Of a stretch of DNA of 64,000 bases, positions 24,721 to 36,702 are shown piece by piece; position 1 is the stretch's first letter, and the number at the start of each line of letters is the position of its first letter. The notes under the pieces are model-generated. The model saw only the letters and a program-made list of their open reading frames with translations, was not told where the DNA came from and searched no databases. The position numbers were made by a program, and so were the translations under genes. Source of the DNA: Saprolegnia diclina VS20 (taxonomy: Eukaryota); assembly GCF_000281045.1 (NCBI RefSeq), contig NW_008246129.1, positions 81,316 to 145,315 of the forward strand. The letters run 5' to 3'.

Positions 24721-26670
24721 ATGTTGCAAGCCACTTCCAAGGCCAAGGCCGCGATCTCGCGCGCCCTGAAGACCACTGGCGCCCGCGCCGCCTCCACGAA
24801 GGGCGGCTACACCATCGTCGACCACGAGTTCGACGCGGTCGTCGTCGGCGCGGGTGGCGCCGGCCTCCGCGCGGCCATGGGCTGCGCCGAAGCTGGCCTC
24901 AAGACGGCGTGCATCACCAAGCTCTTCCCGACCCGCTCGCATACGGTCGCTGCGCAGGGTGGCATCAACGCTGCGCTCGCCAACATGACGGAAGACGACT
25001 GGCGGTGGCACATGTACGACACGGTCAAGGGCTCGGATTGGCTCGGTGACCAGGATGCTATCCACTACATGTGCAAGGAAGCGCCCCGTGCTGTCCTCGA
25101 ACTCGAGGCCTACGGTCTCCCGTTCTCGCGCACGGACGACGGCAAGATCTACCAGCGCGCCTTCGGCGGTCAGTCGCTCGACTTCGGCAAGGGTGGCCAG
25201 GCCTACCGTTGCGCGTGCGCCGCCGATCGTACCGGCCACGCCATGTTGCACACGCTCTACGGCCGCTCGTTGGCGTTCGATACGTCGTACTTCATTGAGT
25301 ACTTCGCCTTGGACCTCATCATGAACGACGCCGGCGAGTGCTGCGGTGTCATTGCCATGAACATGGAAGACGGCAGCATCCACCGCTTCCACACCAACAA
25401 CACGGTATGTAGCGTCGACCACACCTGACTCGAGTGCTCATCAAGTTGGATATAGGTGCTGGCCACGGGTGGTTACGGTCGTGCGTACTTCTCGTGCACG
25501 TCGGCGCACACGTGCACGGGTGATGGTACCGGTATGGCGATCCGCGCCGGTATCCCGCTCCAGGACCCCGAGTTTGTCCAGTTCCACCCCACGGGTATCT
25601 ACGGCGCTGGCTGCTTGATCACGGAGGGCTCGCGTGGTGAGGGCGGTATCCTCCGCAACTCGGAGGGTGAGCGCTTCATGGAGCGTTACGCTCCGAGCGC
25701 CAAGGACTTGGCCTCGCGTGATGTCGTCTCGCGTGCCATGACGATGGAGATTCGCGAAGGCCGTGGTGTCGGCAAGGAGAAGGACCACATCTACCTCCAC
25801 CTTGACCACCTTCCGGCTGAGCTCCTCGCCGAGCGTCTTCCTGGTATCTCGGAGACGGCGGCCATCTTCGCCGGCGTCGACGTCACGAAGGAGCCGATCC
25901 CGGTCCTTCCGACGGTGCACTACAACATGGGCGGTATCCCGACCAACCACTTTGGTGAAGTCGTCGTCCCGGACACGACGGGCCTTCCGGACGCCAACCA
26001 GATGTACCCCGACAAGGTCGTCAAGGGTCTCTTTGCCGCCGGCGAAGCCGCCTGCGCGTCGGTCCACGGTGCCAACCGCCTCGGTGCCAACTCGCTCCTC
26101 GATATCGTCGTGTTTGGCCGCGCCTGCGCCCTTCGCATTGCCGAGATCTCGAAGCCCGGTGAGGCCAAGCGCCCGATGCCGTCGAACGCTGGCGACGCCT
26201 CGCTCTCGATGGTCGACTCGCTCCGCTACGCCAACGGCGCGATCCCGACGGCCGACCTCCGCCTCGAGATGCAGAAGACGATGCAGAACGACGCTGCTGT
26301 CTACCGCACGCAAGAGACGCTCGCGGAGGGTGTCGAGAAGATCGACAAGATCGTGCCCAAGTTCAAGGACATCAAGGTCACGGACCGCTCGCTCATCTGG
26401 AACACGGATCTCATCGAGACGATTGAGCTCAAGAACTTGCTCGCGTGCGCGTCGGCCACCATGCACGGTGCCGAGGCCCGCAAGGAGTCGCGCGGCGCCC
26501 ACGCCCGCGAGGACTTCTCGACGCGCGACGACGTCAACTGGATGAAGCACACGCTCGCGTACCACAACACGGAGGAAGGCACGACGCACATTGCGTACCG
26601 GCCGGTGCACTACCACACGCTCGATGAGGAAGAGTGCAAGACGGTCGCCCCGGTCGCCCGCGTCTACTAA
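24721..26670 (+). CDS. SDH1: Mitochondrial succinate dehydrogenase flavoprotein subunit (2 exons)
   Basis: [65 protein letters not shown]; mitochondrial-type leader; one intron at ~25406-25455. Confidence 0.98.
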
Positions 26671-27042
26671 GTCGTTTACACTTCCTACTAATCGATACTT
26701 TTCTTGTGCATCTTGACACCCAAACCCACAAACGTCGGACGACGAGTAGCCCAATGCACCCGCCTCTAGGGATCGTGGCGCGACGAAACAGCAGTGTCGA
26801 GACGAGGATAGGACACGGGCGTACTGCGCAGACGGCTCGCTTCCTCCCATCCAAGGCCGTACCATACGACGATCGGCCGCTCGGGATGGTCAGGCATGGC
26901 CTGCAAAGTGTGTGGCGCACGTCCTTCCTATCGCAGGTTGAGCGCGTTTTATTAAGGTATTCTAGGTGGGTTGCTACTATGTACTAAAAGCAGTCGATCG
27001 AATCGACTATGTATCTTCTTCGTGATCGGTCTTCGTGTCGGA

Positions 27043-27375
27043 TCATGTTTCCATGTCGACGTCGTCGGGACTTGGCTCGGCGTCGGGCGACGGCAGGACC
27101 TGGATGCGGAAGACGCCGCACTTGGGGCACTTTCTTGTCTTGTCGCACTTGACTTCGTCGCAGTCGTACTGCTTGAGGAACCTGTCATGGAGCTTGTGCA
27201 GAACGTGGAAGAGCACGTCGACCTCGAGGGGCGCGAGGCCGGAGGCGTCGATGGTGCCCGTGGTCGCGTACGACTGCACGCGCTCTAGCAGTGTTGCCGA
27301 CGAGATCGAGTCGGGCGCCGGCTGGCCGCGGGGCGACGACGGGCCGCTGGTGGCAGGGGAGGCTTGGGCGGCCAT
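27043..27375 (-). CDS. Small hypothetical protein (110 aa) with Cys cluster (CDEVKC...CPKC)
   Basis: Good codon bias, upstream CCAAT boxes; no family recognised. Confidence 0.55.
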   Translation of the reverse strand: MAAQASPATSGPSSPRGQPAPDSISSATLLERVQSYATTGTIDASGLAPLEVDVLFHVLHKLHDRFLKQYDCDEVKCDKTRKCPKCGVFRIQVLPSPDAEPSPDDVDMET

Positions 27376-28114
27376 CTCGGCAGAGGGGCAATGCGGTTCT
27401 GAATGGATAACAACCGGCTCGCAAGGCCATTGGCCAAAAAGACGTCTTTTGCGACGTGTCGCATCTCGACGTTGATTGGCCAAATGGTAGGTCGGCTCGT
27501 GACCTGGCAGCACGGCGGGTCGCGTGCCGCATTTGGCTCGATGCCTAATCCGCTGTAGACCAGACTAGACGTCAAATACCCATCAAGACGCACAGTCGTC
27601 CGTGGCAGCTTGCATCGTTCAGGGCGCTTCGCTCACTTAAAGAGAGCAAACAACCCAGCGAAGGCGGTTTGGCGTGATGTGGCACCTTTTGGGAAGAGCT
27701 CTCCGGTGAATGTGTGTGATGGTTCTAGCGCCCCAAGTGACACGCGGTTACGAGCACTTGGCTGACGGTTGTGACGTTGAAGCGGAGGCTAGTGCAGAAT
27801 GAAAAGGTTTCGAAAATAAGAAGTAACTGAGCTGACCGAGCCGAAATGCTCAACGGGCGCCAAAGTAGTGGGGGCAGTGCTCCGACGCATGCTTGGACAG
27901 AGCGTGCGGTCACCAGCGTCTTCCAAGCGCTACGCGTGGTATCGTCGGGCCTCGTGACAGAAGCTGCTTCAACCAGCGAGCTCTGACAAGGTTCGAATTT
28001 TGCATTCCAAATTTCCTTCGTTTTGATTGGCCCCACTGCAAGAGCCAATCAACGCAAAGGATCTTGCTTGACAGGGAGCACGGTTTTTGAGTGCAGTTGC
28101 TCATTTGCGTCCCG

Positions 28115-30364
28115 ATGCCAAGCCTGCGATCTACCGTCGTAGCGGCTGCTATGGCAGNNNNNNNNNNNNNNNNNNNNNNNNNNNNNNNNNNNNNNNNNNN
28201 NNNNNNNNNNNNNNNNNNNNNNNNNNNNNNNNNNNNNNNNNNNNNNNNNNNNNNNNNCCGCTGCCGCAAGATACCGCGACGCTGACCGCTGCACGGCGAT
28301 CATCGTTGGCGCCGAGGTAAGCGTGCGTCTTTCGACTCGTGTGGCACACCGCTTTAGGCGTCGGTGACGGGGTCGCCCATGACGACGCAGACCAACGATT
28401 GCAGCTCGTGCGACTTTCGCATCGTCAAGATCCCGCCTCAGGTGCACGGACCGAACGCGACCCGTCCGATTTGGCCTGCAATCCAGTACTTTCCTCGCTA
28501 CGGTGCGTCGTACCATCGCTTGACCACTGAATTTCATGTTACGAGACGCGTAGTCGGGTCTGCTCGCGGCGCGCCCGAGTACGACGCCAAGAATCTACCG
28601 CGCGGCCATTTCAACTGGTCGGTTTACGAGCCCGTGGGTAGTCTACCCCAACCGAATACGACGTTCGGGTACATCGAAGGCGTCTACGGCATTCTGAACG
28701 ACCACGGCCTCGGCTTTGGCGAGAGCACGTGCAGCGCCAAGCTGTGGACCAAGCCGGCGTACGACGGCGGCCAGGCACTTTTGGATATTGCTGAGCTGTC
28801 TCGCCTCGCGCTGGAGCGGACACAGTCGGCTCGCAGCGCGATTGCGCTCATGGGGTCCCTGGCCGAAACCTACGGGTAGAGTGAACTCACTCACTCTTCC
28901 GTGGACATCTCCAACGTATGATATATAGGTACTACGGCGGGTACTGGTCGGGCGAAGACGACGACAACAAGGCCGAGGCTGGGGAGACGCTCACGATCAT
29001 CGACGAGAGTGAAGCGTGGGTTTTTCACATCTTGCCCGATGACACGGGCGCGTCAGCGGTGTGGGTCGCCCAGCGTCTTCCGCCGACTGACGTTGCCGCC
29101 GTCGCCAACGCCTTTATCATCCACGAAGTTGACCTCTCGGACGCGACAACTTTTCTCGGATCGGCCAACCTTCATGACGTGGCGCGCCGAAACGGCTTTT
29201 GGGATGGCCACTCGGTCTTTGACTTTACGCGCGCGTATGCGCACCCACCGGCCAACCCGTGGTACTCGACGCGGCGCCAGTGGCGCGTGCTCACGCTGGC
29301 CAACCCGGCGCTCACTCTCTCGCCGCACACGGACGCCAATGGCTCGGACTACCCCTTCTCCGTGCCGGTCCGCCCAATGTTTTACATTTGCATATTTTAA
29401 TTCTGCGCGACAGGCGGCGACTCGGCTGTCCGCGGCCGACCTCATGCGGTTTCAGCGCGACCACTACGAAGGCACGCCGTGGGACTTGACGCAAGGCGTC
29501 GCTGCCGGCGCGTACGGCAACCCGGATCGCTATGGTACTTTCAATGTATCAACCGCAAGGGTTCATGTTGCATTTGAAAGAAACGGGTCACTGGGACGGC
29601 AACGAGTTTGAGCGCGCGATTTCCATCTTTCGCGCGTCGTACTCGTACGTTGCGTCCGTCGCCGAGAACGGCACGAGCGTGCTCTGGTGCGACTTGCAGT
29701 GATTTCTTAGTTGGTATTGCTACATCTGCGGTTAGGGTGGGTCCCTACGCACCGCACGGCACGCTGTTTACGCCCGTGTACCCATTGGCCAGCCGCATGC
29801 CGAGCGCCTTGGCGACAGGGTCGCTTCTTGAGTACAATGCGTCGAGTCTTTTCTGGACCAACGCTGTCGTTGGCAACACAGCTGCCCGATTTTACAAGTT
29901 CGCGCACCCCGTCGTCGCAGCAGTGCAAGAGGCAGTTGAAGCCGAGTTTCTCGCAGGTGCCTGTCCAATTCACGCACTCGATATATTGATACGAATGCGT
30001 AGGTCTCACGCGTCTCCGAGCCACGGGGAACGCGACGGCGCTTGTCGAGCGTCTCACAAACGAAGGCGACGCCAACGTCGCCGCGGCGCAACGCGCGTTT
30101 GAAGACCTTTTCGCGACGCTCATGACGCGCTTCCACGACGGCTACGTCGTGAGCAACTTCACCGACGCGGTGCCCGTCGTGACGCCGATGGGATATCCCG
30201 ACTGGTGGCTCACGGCGGCGGGCTACTACGACGGCAGCCACCAAGCGCAGTACCTCCTCGTCACGGCTTGGGTCGCGATCGTGCTGAGTGCAGCCATCGG
30301 GTTTTGGTTTGGCCAGCGATCCAACCGTCACGTCGAGCGCCGTGGCTACGTCCACCTCAAGTAG
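28115..30364 (+). CDS. Peptidase C69 (dipeptidase A / secernin, Ntn-hydrolase) with signal peptide and C-terminal TM, multi-exon, spans the gap
   Basis: DRCTAIIVG (nucleophile Cys), YGILNDHGLGFGESTC, ELSRLALERT..AR.AI.LMG.LAETYG, VWVAQR, RDHYEGT, FERAIS; C-terminal hydrophobic helix. Confidence 0.9.
28158..28257. other. Assembly gap (100 N)
   Basis: Run of 100 N. Confidence 1.
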
Positions 30365-30495
30365 ACGACTTTGCCACTCGCTTTTGTGTGCGGACGAGTG
30401 CCTTGGCTTGTTTTACAGCTCGTCAACCACCAAGTTTCCCGTTCAAGTGCATACAACTGTACAGGAATATGTATGTATGTACAAACGACCAAGTA

Positions 30496-33400
30496 CTACG
30501 ACTGCGTTTTGGCGGCGCGGGGCAGAAAGTACATGGTGAGCACATCGCGGTTGACCGAGAGATGCTCGAGCAGCTTGAGTTCGAGCATCTTCTTGGTCGT
30601 CGGCGCGAGGTTGGCGCCGCCGCGACCTACTTTGGTCTGGGCGAGCGCCATGGCCGCCTTGACGTCACCGCCGTCTTTGAACTGTTTGTGTACGCTGTCG
30701 ATGGCCAAGCGCACGCCTTCGTCGTACTGCGACGCCGCCGTGAGTTTGCTGCAAAAGTCGAGAAAGCTACATACGAATGTGACAAATTCCCGTCGAGTTT
30801 CGTTTGTACCGGTCGTGGTACACGGCGATGGCCCACTTCTGGCCGAAAAACTCGATCCAGTCCGTGACCAGATTCTGCTGGAACGACGAGATGGCGCAGT
30901 TGAGGTACGCTTCGTGGAGCCCGACAAGGCATGCGAGGTTGGTCACGTTGACAGCCTCGCGTCCGAGGTAGGTGAGTCGAGAGAGAACGCCATAGTCGTC
31001 AAACTGCAAGCAACTACAAGGCGTCAGAACCCGCGTGCACGGTAAGCAGATACCAGTAAGTTTGCATCTCGCGGTTCTCGGTCGTAAGCGACTTGAACGA
31101 CGTCGGGGCGTCAGGGAGCTGGATACGAACGTAGTGCAAGTCCCCACTCCAATGCCCCACAACAATCTTGGGCTGACTAAACACCGGTGGCGGACACAGT
31201 TTGCCCGCGTCAGGTCCACCGGACGGGCCCAGTGTCGCGCCCACGATCGGGTCGATCACACGCAAGAGAGACTTGGCGAGGAGCTCACCGCACTCGCGCG
31301 CACTGTAGCACTGCTGGTATTGCGCCTTCGTAAAGCGCCGGGAGAACCGGCAGAGGCTGCCGCCCGCGTAAATGCAGGGGTCCGACGTCTGGAACGACGC
31401 GTTGACGACGAGACGACCGTCAAACACGAGGCCGCTGTCGTTGATGGCGCGGAAGGCGTCCGGGTCGACGTCGTTGCGGTCGCAGCAGAGCAGTAGATCG
31501 CAGGGTAGCACGAGCACCGGCGGTGCTGGCAACGGCGCGCCACTCTCATCGACACCACTGGGCGTCGGTGGCTGGACCACGATGCCTTCCAGCACACCGT
31601 TGGGCGCCACCAAGTTGGTGACACCAATCATGACGGTCGGCTGCATCGACGTCACGTGCTCGCAGACGCGGACGTCGTCGTCGATGGCGCCGGTGCAGAG
31701 CCACGAGATGTGGGCGGACGCGCCGATTTTGTCGCGGACCGCGTGCACGAGCGTCGCCGCGTACGCATTCGTGCCAAGCACGATGACGCGCCCGCTTTTC
31801 TTGGCGCGCTTCCACGCTCGGAGAGTCTCGTGCACCTTTTTCGCCGAGGACGCGGCTTCGAGAACGACGACGCCCCGGGGCACGGGTGGCGCCACGTAGC
31901 TCTCGCCGTCGTACTCTGGCACGAGTCGGAGTGACGGCAAGACGGCGTCCGTGAGCCCTGTCGCGAGCACGAGGAGGTCGTACGGGAGACACGAGTTGTC
32001 GAGGAGGACGATAGCTTTGGCCGCGCGGTCGATCTGCACAAGGCGGCTCGTGACAACACGGACGTGCGTGAGGATGCCGGCCTGGTCGAGGTCGGTCGGC
32101 GAGTAAATGCTGGGCGGTGCTAACGGCGCCACGTCTGGTGTCGGCACCTCCAATCCGTGCGGCGCGACGAGCGTCACGTTGGTCAAGCGCAAGTACGGTA
32201 CGCCGAGGAGCTGCTTGACGACCGTGAGGCCTGCGTCCGAGGCACCGACAACCACGATGCGCGCTGTCACGAGGGTTTTGGGCTCGGAAAGGAGGCGCTT
32301 GGTGAAAAAGTAGAGTGCGCTGGTCGCCAGGCGTGGGAGCACAACCGGGGTCTCGGGCGACGTTACGACTTGGCGGCGCGCGGGCGCAAGCACAAAGCTC
32401 TCCGAGACAAGCGGGCTCACGTGGCCACGCCGGGGCACGCTCGCAAAGAGACACGTCTTGCGGAAGAGCCGCAGCACTTCCTGCAGAAAGAACGGACCCG
32501 CGATCGCGTACACGGGGTTGAGTAAAAAGTGCGACAGCATCGCTTGGTCTTTGGCGCGGTGGTGGGTGAGCGACACAAACTGCTCGACGTCGAAAAACTG
32601 CTTGAAGCCAGACGTCACGTCGCTGTCCCGCGACAGCGACGCCAAGCCCACGACCGCGCCTACATGATTCGTACGAGTTAGCGTCCAGGCAAGCGACGTT
32701 CTACCGTGGAGGCGCGCAACGAACAGCACGTGCTTGGGGTTGTCGTCGAGGTCAATGTCGTCTTCTTCGGCTGCCAGCGCCATGTCCGTCTCAATGGCCG
32801 CGATCGACGTGGGCGAGAGCGTTTCGACGAGTGCACTCAGCGCGTCGCAGGGCTCAGTCATGCGAAAGCGGGAAATGCGCAGGACGCTGGGTACTTCTGG
32901 CTCGAGAAAGACGAGTGCGTCGCGGTGCAAGAGGTACAACACGTGCGAGTACGTGCTTGTGGGTTTTGCTGGCACGAGGGCAAAAGGCGCTAGGAAGAGC
33001 GGCGGGGCGATGCCCGGCGGCAACGTCACGACGCAGTACTCCTTGTGCTGGAAGAGCGCAAAGGCTGGACGCAAGAAGGCGCTCGAGATGGACGTGTACG
33101 GCGTATCCATGCAGAAGAGCGTGACAATGAACGCATTCCCTTGGACGTCGACTTTAGCGCGCGTGTCGTCGATCGCGCGAAGTATCGCAAACGTCATCTC
33201 GGTCGTCGACGGCTGACTGAAGCTCGCGACATGCGAGAGCGGCGCAAACACCCGCAGCACGGCCGCGACGTTGAGATGGTACGTTTTGAGGCGGATCTTG
33301 ACAGTCGCTTCGTTGTCGTCCGAGCGCTGGACAGCGTTAACGCCCGGTGGCGGTGGGTTGAAGACCATGTGGTACGTCTTGCCCGTGGCCACGTCCACGC

Positions 33401-36400
33401 GGCGACCTACACGCCATGCGATAAAGAGATAGGACGTCGCTACATACCTGAGATGCGTTGAATGACTTTGTCGTCGGCCACATCGAGCACCAAAACGACG
33501 TCTGGCACGATACCAAAGGCGACGAGCGCCCGCGCTTGAGCCTCATTGCGGGGAAAGCCGTCGAGGAGCCAGCCGCGCGACACGCAGTCTTGCTGCTGCA
33601 AGCGGTCCAGGAGCGTGTCCATGATGAGCTCGTCCGGCACGAGCTCTCCGCGGTTCATGAACCCTTTGGCCTTTCGCCCAAGGTCACTGCCTGCGGCAAT
33701 GGCCGAGCGCAGCATGTCGCCGGTTGAGATGTGGACGACGCCGTATTGGGCCACGAGCTTCTCGCACTGGGTGCCTTTGCCGCCAGCCGGGGGTCCGCAG
33801 ATGATGAGCTTGAGCGGCAACGCCTTGAGCGGGTTCGTCACCGCGTTCACCGTTGCAATAACTTTGGCGGCAATCGCGTCTTTGGGTTGCAGCCCATCGA
33901 TCGCCAAGATCGTCGACTGCGACTGGAAGCAGTCGACGACCGCGCCGCAGTTGTCGTGGTACGTGCCAAGACGAACCCGGATCGTCTCTTCCGTGTCGTC
34001 GGACCGCTGGACGACTTTGGCGCCGGGCGGTGGCGGGTTGAACACGACGTGGTACGTCTTTCCTGTCGCAATTTCGACGCGGCGACCTAGCGCAGCCAGT
34101 GAGAAAGCACCACTCATTTCTTATCCCACCCGAGATGCGCTCGACCACCTCGTCGTCGGGGACGTCGAGCACGATGACAACGTCGGGCACGATCCCCAAC
34201 GCGAGCATAGCTTGGGCTTGGGCGGCGGTGCGCGGGAAGCCATCGAGGAGCCAACCTTTGCTCGTACAGTCGGGCGACTGGAGGCGCGAGAGAATCACCT
34301 TGACGATGAGTTCGTCGGGCACGAGCTTGCCAGCGTCCATGTAGCCTTTGGCCGTTAGCCCTAGCTCCGAGTTGGCGGAAATGGCCGACCGGAGCATGTC
34401 GCCCGTCGAGAGGTGGACGACACCAAACTCGTTCACGAGCAGTTCGCACTGCGTGCCTTTCCCGCCTGCCGGGGGCCCGCAAATCAATAGCTTGGGTGGT
34501 CCCGTCGCCGTTGCGACGATGGGTTTCGGTGGCGGCTGCGGCTTGGGGTGCGCGGCGGTAATCTCGGACGCAATAACGTCCTTGGGCTGCATACCGTCGA
34601 CGTTGAGGATCGTCGATGTGGTGTGGAAGGCGGCGATGACCGCGCCGCAGTTGGCATGGAATGTCGCCAACCGGACGCGGATGGTCTCTTCCGTGTCGTC
34701 GGAGCGCTGGACGACCTTGTCCTTGAGCTCGGGCGGCGGTGGGTTGAAGACCAAGTGGTACGTCTTGCCCGTGTCGAGGTCCACGCGTCGACCTGAGATG
34801 CGCTTGACAACCTCGTCGTCGGGGACATCGAGGACAATCACGAGGTGCGGTACGATGCCTTCGCTGAGCATTGCTTCTGCCTGCAGCGCCGTGCGCGGGA
34901 ACCCATCGAGCAGCCACCCTTGACTGGTGCAGTCCGATTCCTGAAGCCGGTCGAGAATGACGTGCACGATGAGCTCGTCCGGCACGAGGTCGCCAGCGTC
35001 CATGAAGGCCTTGGCTTTGAGCCCCACCTCGGTGCCAGCTTGGATCGCGGACCGGAGCATGTCGCCAGTCGAGAGATGCACAACGCCATATTCGCGCACG
35101 AGCAGTTCGCACTGCGTGCCTTTTCCTCCGGCGGGCGGGCCGCAAATGACGAATTTTGGTGGTCCGCACGGGTCTCGACTCAACTGCTGCCGCTGCTTGA
35201 CGCTCTGGAACCCCTTGGTCTTGTCGGACGCCCCAAGCGCATGCGCGATCGCAGAGGTAACTGCGTCCCGGTCGAGGCTCCCGTCAACAGTCACGAGGGC
35301 CGTCTCCTTGGCGTAGCACTTGAGGACGGCGGCGGCTTGGGTATGAAAGCGAGTGACGTCGTCCGGGGGCATGGTTTTGTGCATCGCCTCGTCAGGCACT
35401 TGGAGCACGATGACAACGTCTGGCTTGATGCCACGTTTGAGGAGGTCCCACACCTGGGCCTCGGAGGTGGGGTACCCGTCCAGGACCCAGCCCTGCGTGA
35501 CGCAGTCGCTGTCATGAATCCGACTCGAGACGAGGTCCAGGAGAATGTCGTTGGGCAGCTCTTCGTTGCGGTCTAAGTGGCGCTGCACTTTCTTGCCGAG
35601 CGGGGTTGCTCGGCGGCCCGAGGCCCGCGCCAGTGCAATCGGTGAGAGCGCAACGACGCCGTACGTGGCCACAAGTCGGTCAGATTGCGTCGTCTTGCCG
35701 CAGCCTCGTGGGCCAAACACAACGATTTTGGGGCTTGTGCGACGCTTTAGGAGCTTCTGGAGACGCGACGGCGACTTTCGCAGCTGGGAGGCCGCCATGG
35801 GCTTGAGCAAGTCGTTGTACACGGTGAGATCAAACGAGTCGCGGAGAACGGCGAGATCCACTTCGTCGGTGGCGGCCAGGAGCCCAACGGCGCGGCCGTT
35901 GTCTTCAGCGACAAGGCACGCGCTGTGGTTGGTCTGCGACGCTATGAGCTCGGCCAAGAAATAGTCGCCAAATGCACTCTGCAGTGCCTAGCGGTAGTAG
36001 CGTGAGAACCGGCCGGATCTAAGGAGGTATATACCTGGTTTTGCGCCACCAGAATAGGCTCAAGGTCGTCGTGGTCTTCAATGTTGGCTTTCCGCACGTG
36101 GACGCTTGGCAAGTGCGTCTTGGCGTGCGACAAGAATACGTCGTAGCTCGCATACGTGTCGTCCTCGGTCTGCAGCGACGACGTCCGCGTCGCCTTGAAG
36201 AAGACGCCGAGGAAGACTTCTGGCGGCTCAACCGACGACGCAATGGGAAGGACGAGCCACTCGACGTGCGTGAGGAGCTGATAGACGGTCAGAAGCATGT
36301 CGCGGAAGACGTCATGGTCCATGGTCGCCTGGACAAAGTACGAAAGGAAGAGCGAGCGCTGCGCCTACGTTTGTCCAAATGAGCCAATTTGGCCAGGAAG

Positions 36401-36702
36401 CGAGGACGTACGGAGAGTGTCACGAGACCAGCGTCCGGCGTCTCCATGGCGTAGTGCTGCAAAACATAGTCGAGGTAGTCGACGTCTTCAGCCAGCTCGC
36501 TCGGCGCAATGTCGTTGACGACGAGGAAGGCAACGAGCGACCCATCCGGCGCTTCGGCCGTCAAAGCCAAGAAGGACGTCTCGATGAGTGCAGCGACGTG
36601 GCCTCGCCCAAAGATGATGCGCTGAAGCGTCTTGTCCGGGTACGCCAAGTTGGCGAGGTCGGTCGCGTCCGACGCCTGCGCCCGCCGGATCGTCAGCGCC
36701 AT
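30496..36702 (-). CDS. CFAP61: CFAP61 (flagellar radial spoke 3 / CSC protein) with four inserted adenylate kinase domains, ~1,900 aa, multi-exon
   Basis: CFAP61 blocks IRRA..SD, FG...ALIETSFLAL, VRKANIEDHDDL, FGDYFLAELI, NAFIVTLFCMD, KRLLSEPK...RIVVVGASDAG, VFDGRLVVNASFQTSDP; four AK domains between 35736 and ~33165. Confidence 0.88.
33165..35736 (-). repeat. Tandem array of four adenylate kinase domains (AK1 ~35736-35230 degenerate; AK2 ~35163-34550; AK3 ~34500-33845; AK4 ~33820-33165)
   Basis: Repeated GPPAGGKGTQC, HLSTGDMLR, LVPDELI, GWLLDGFPR, RISGRRV..TGKTYH.VFNPPP, QRSDD; DNA-level similarity between AK2, AK3 and AK4. Confidence 0.95.

Noticed and set aside
24694..26865. Long antisense ORFs over SDH1 (242 and 474 aa)
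   Set aside because: Codon-bias shadows of a highly expressed gene; no motifs
33440..35957. Treating the AK ORFs as independent adenylate kinase genes
   Set aside because: They are continuous in frame with CFAP61 sequence on both sides and joined by clean 41-43 nt GT-AG introns
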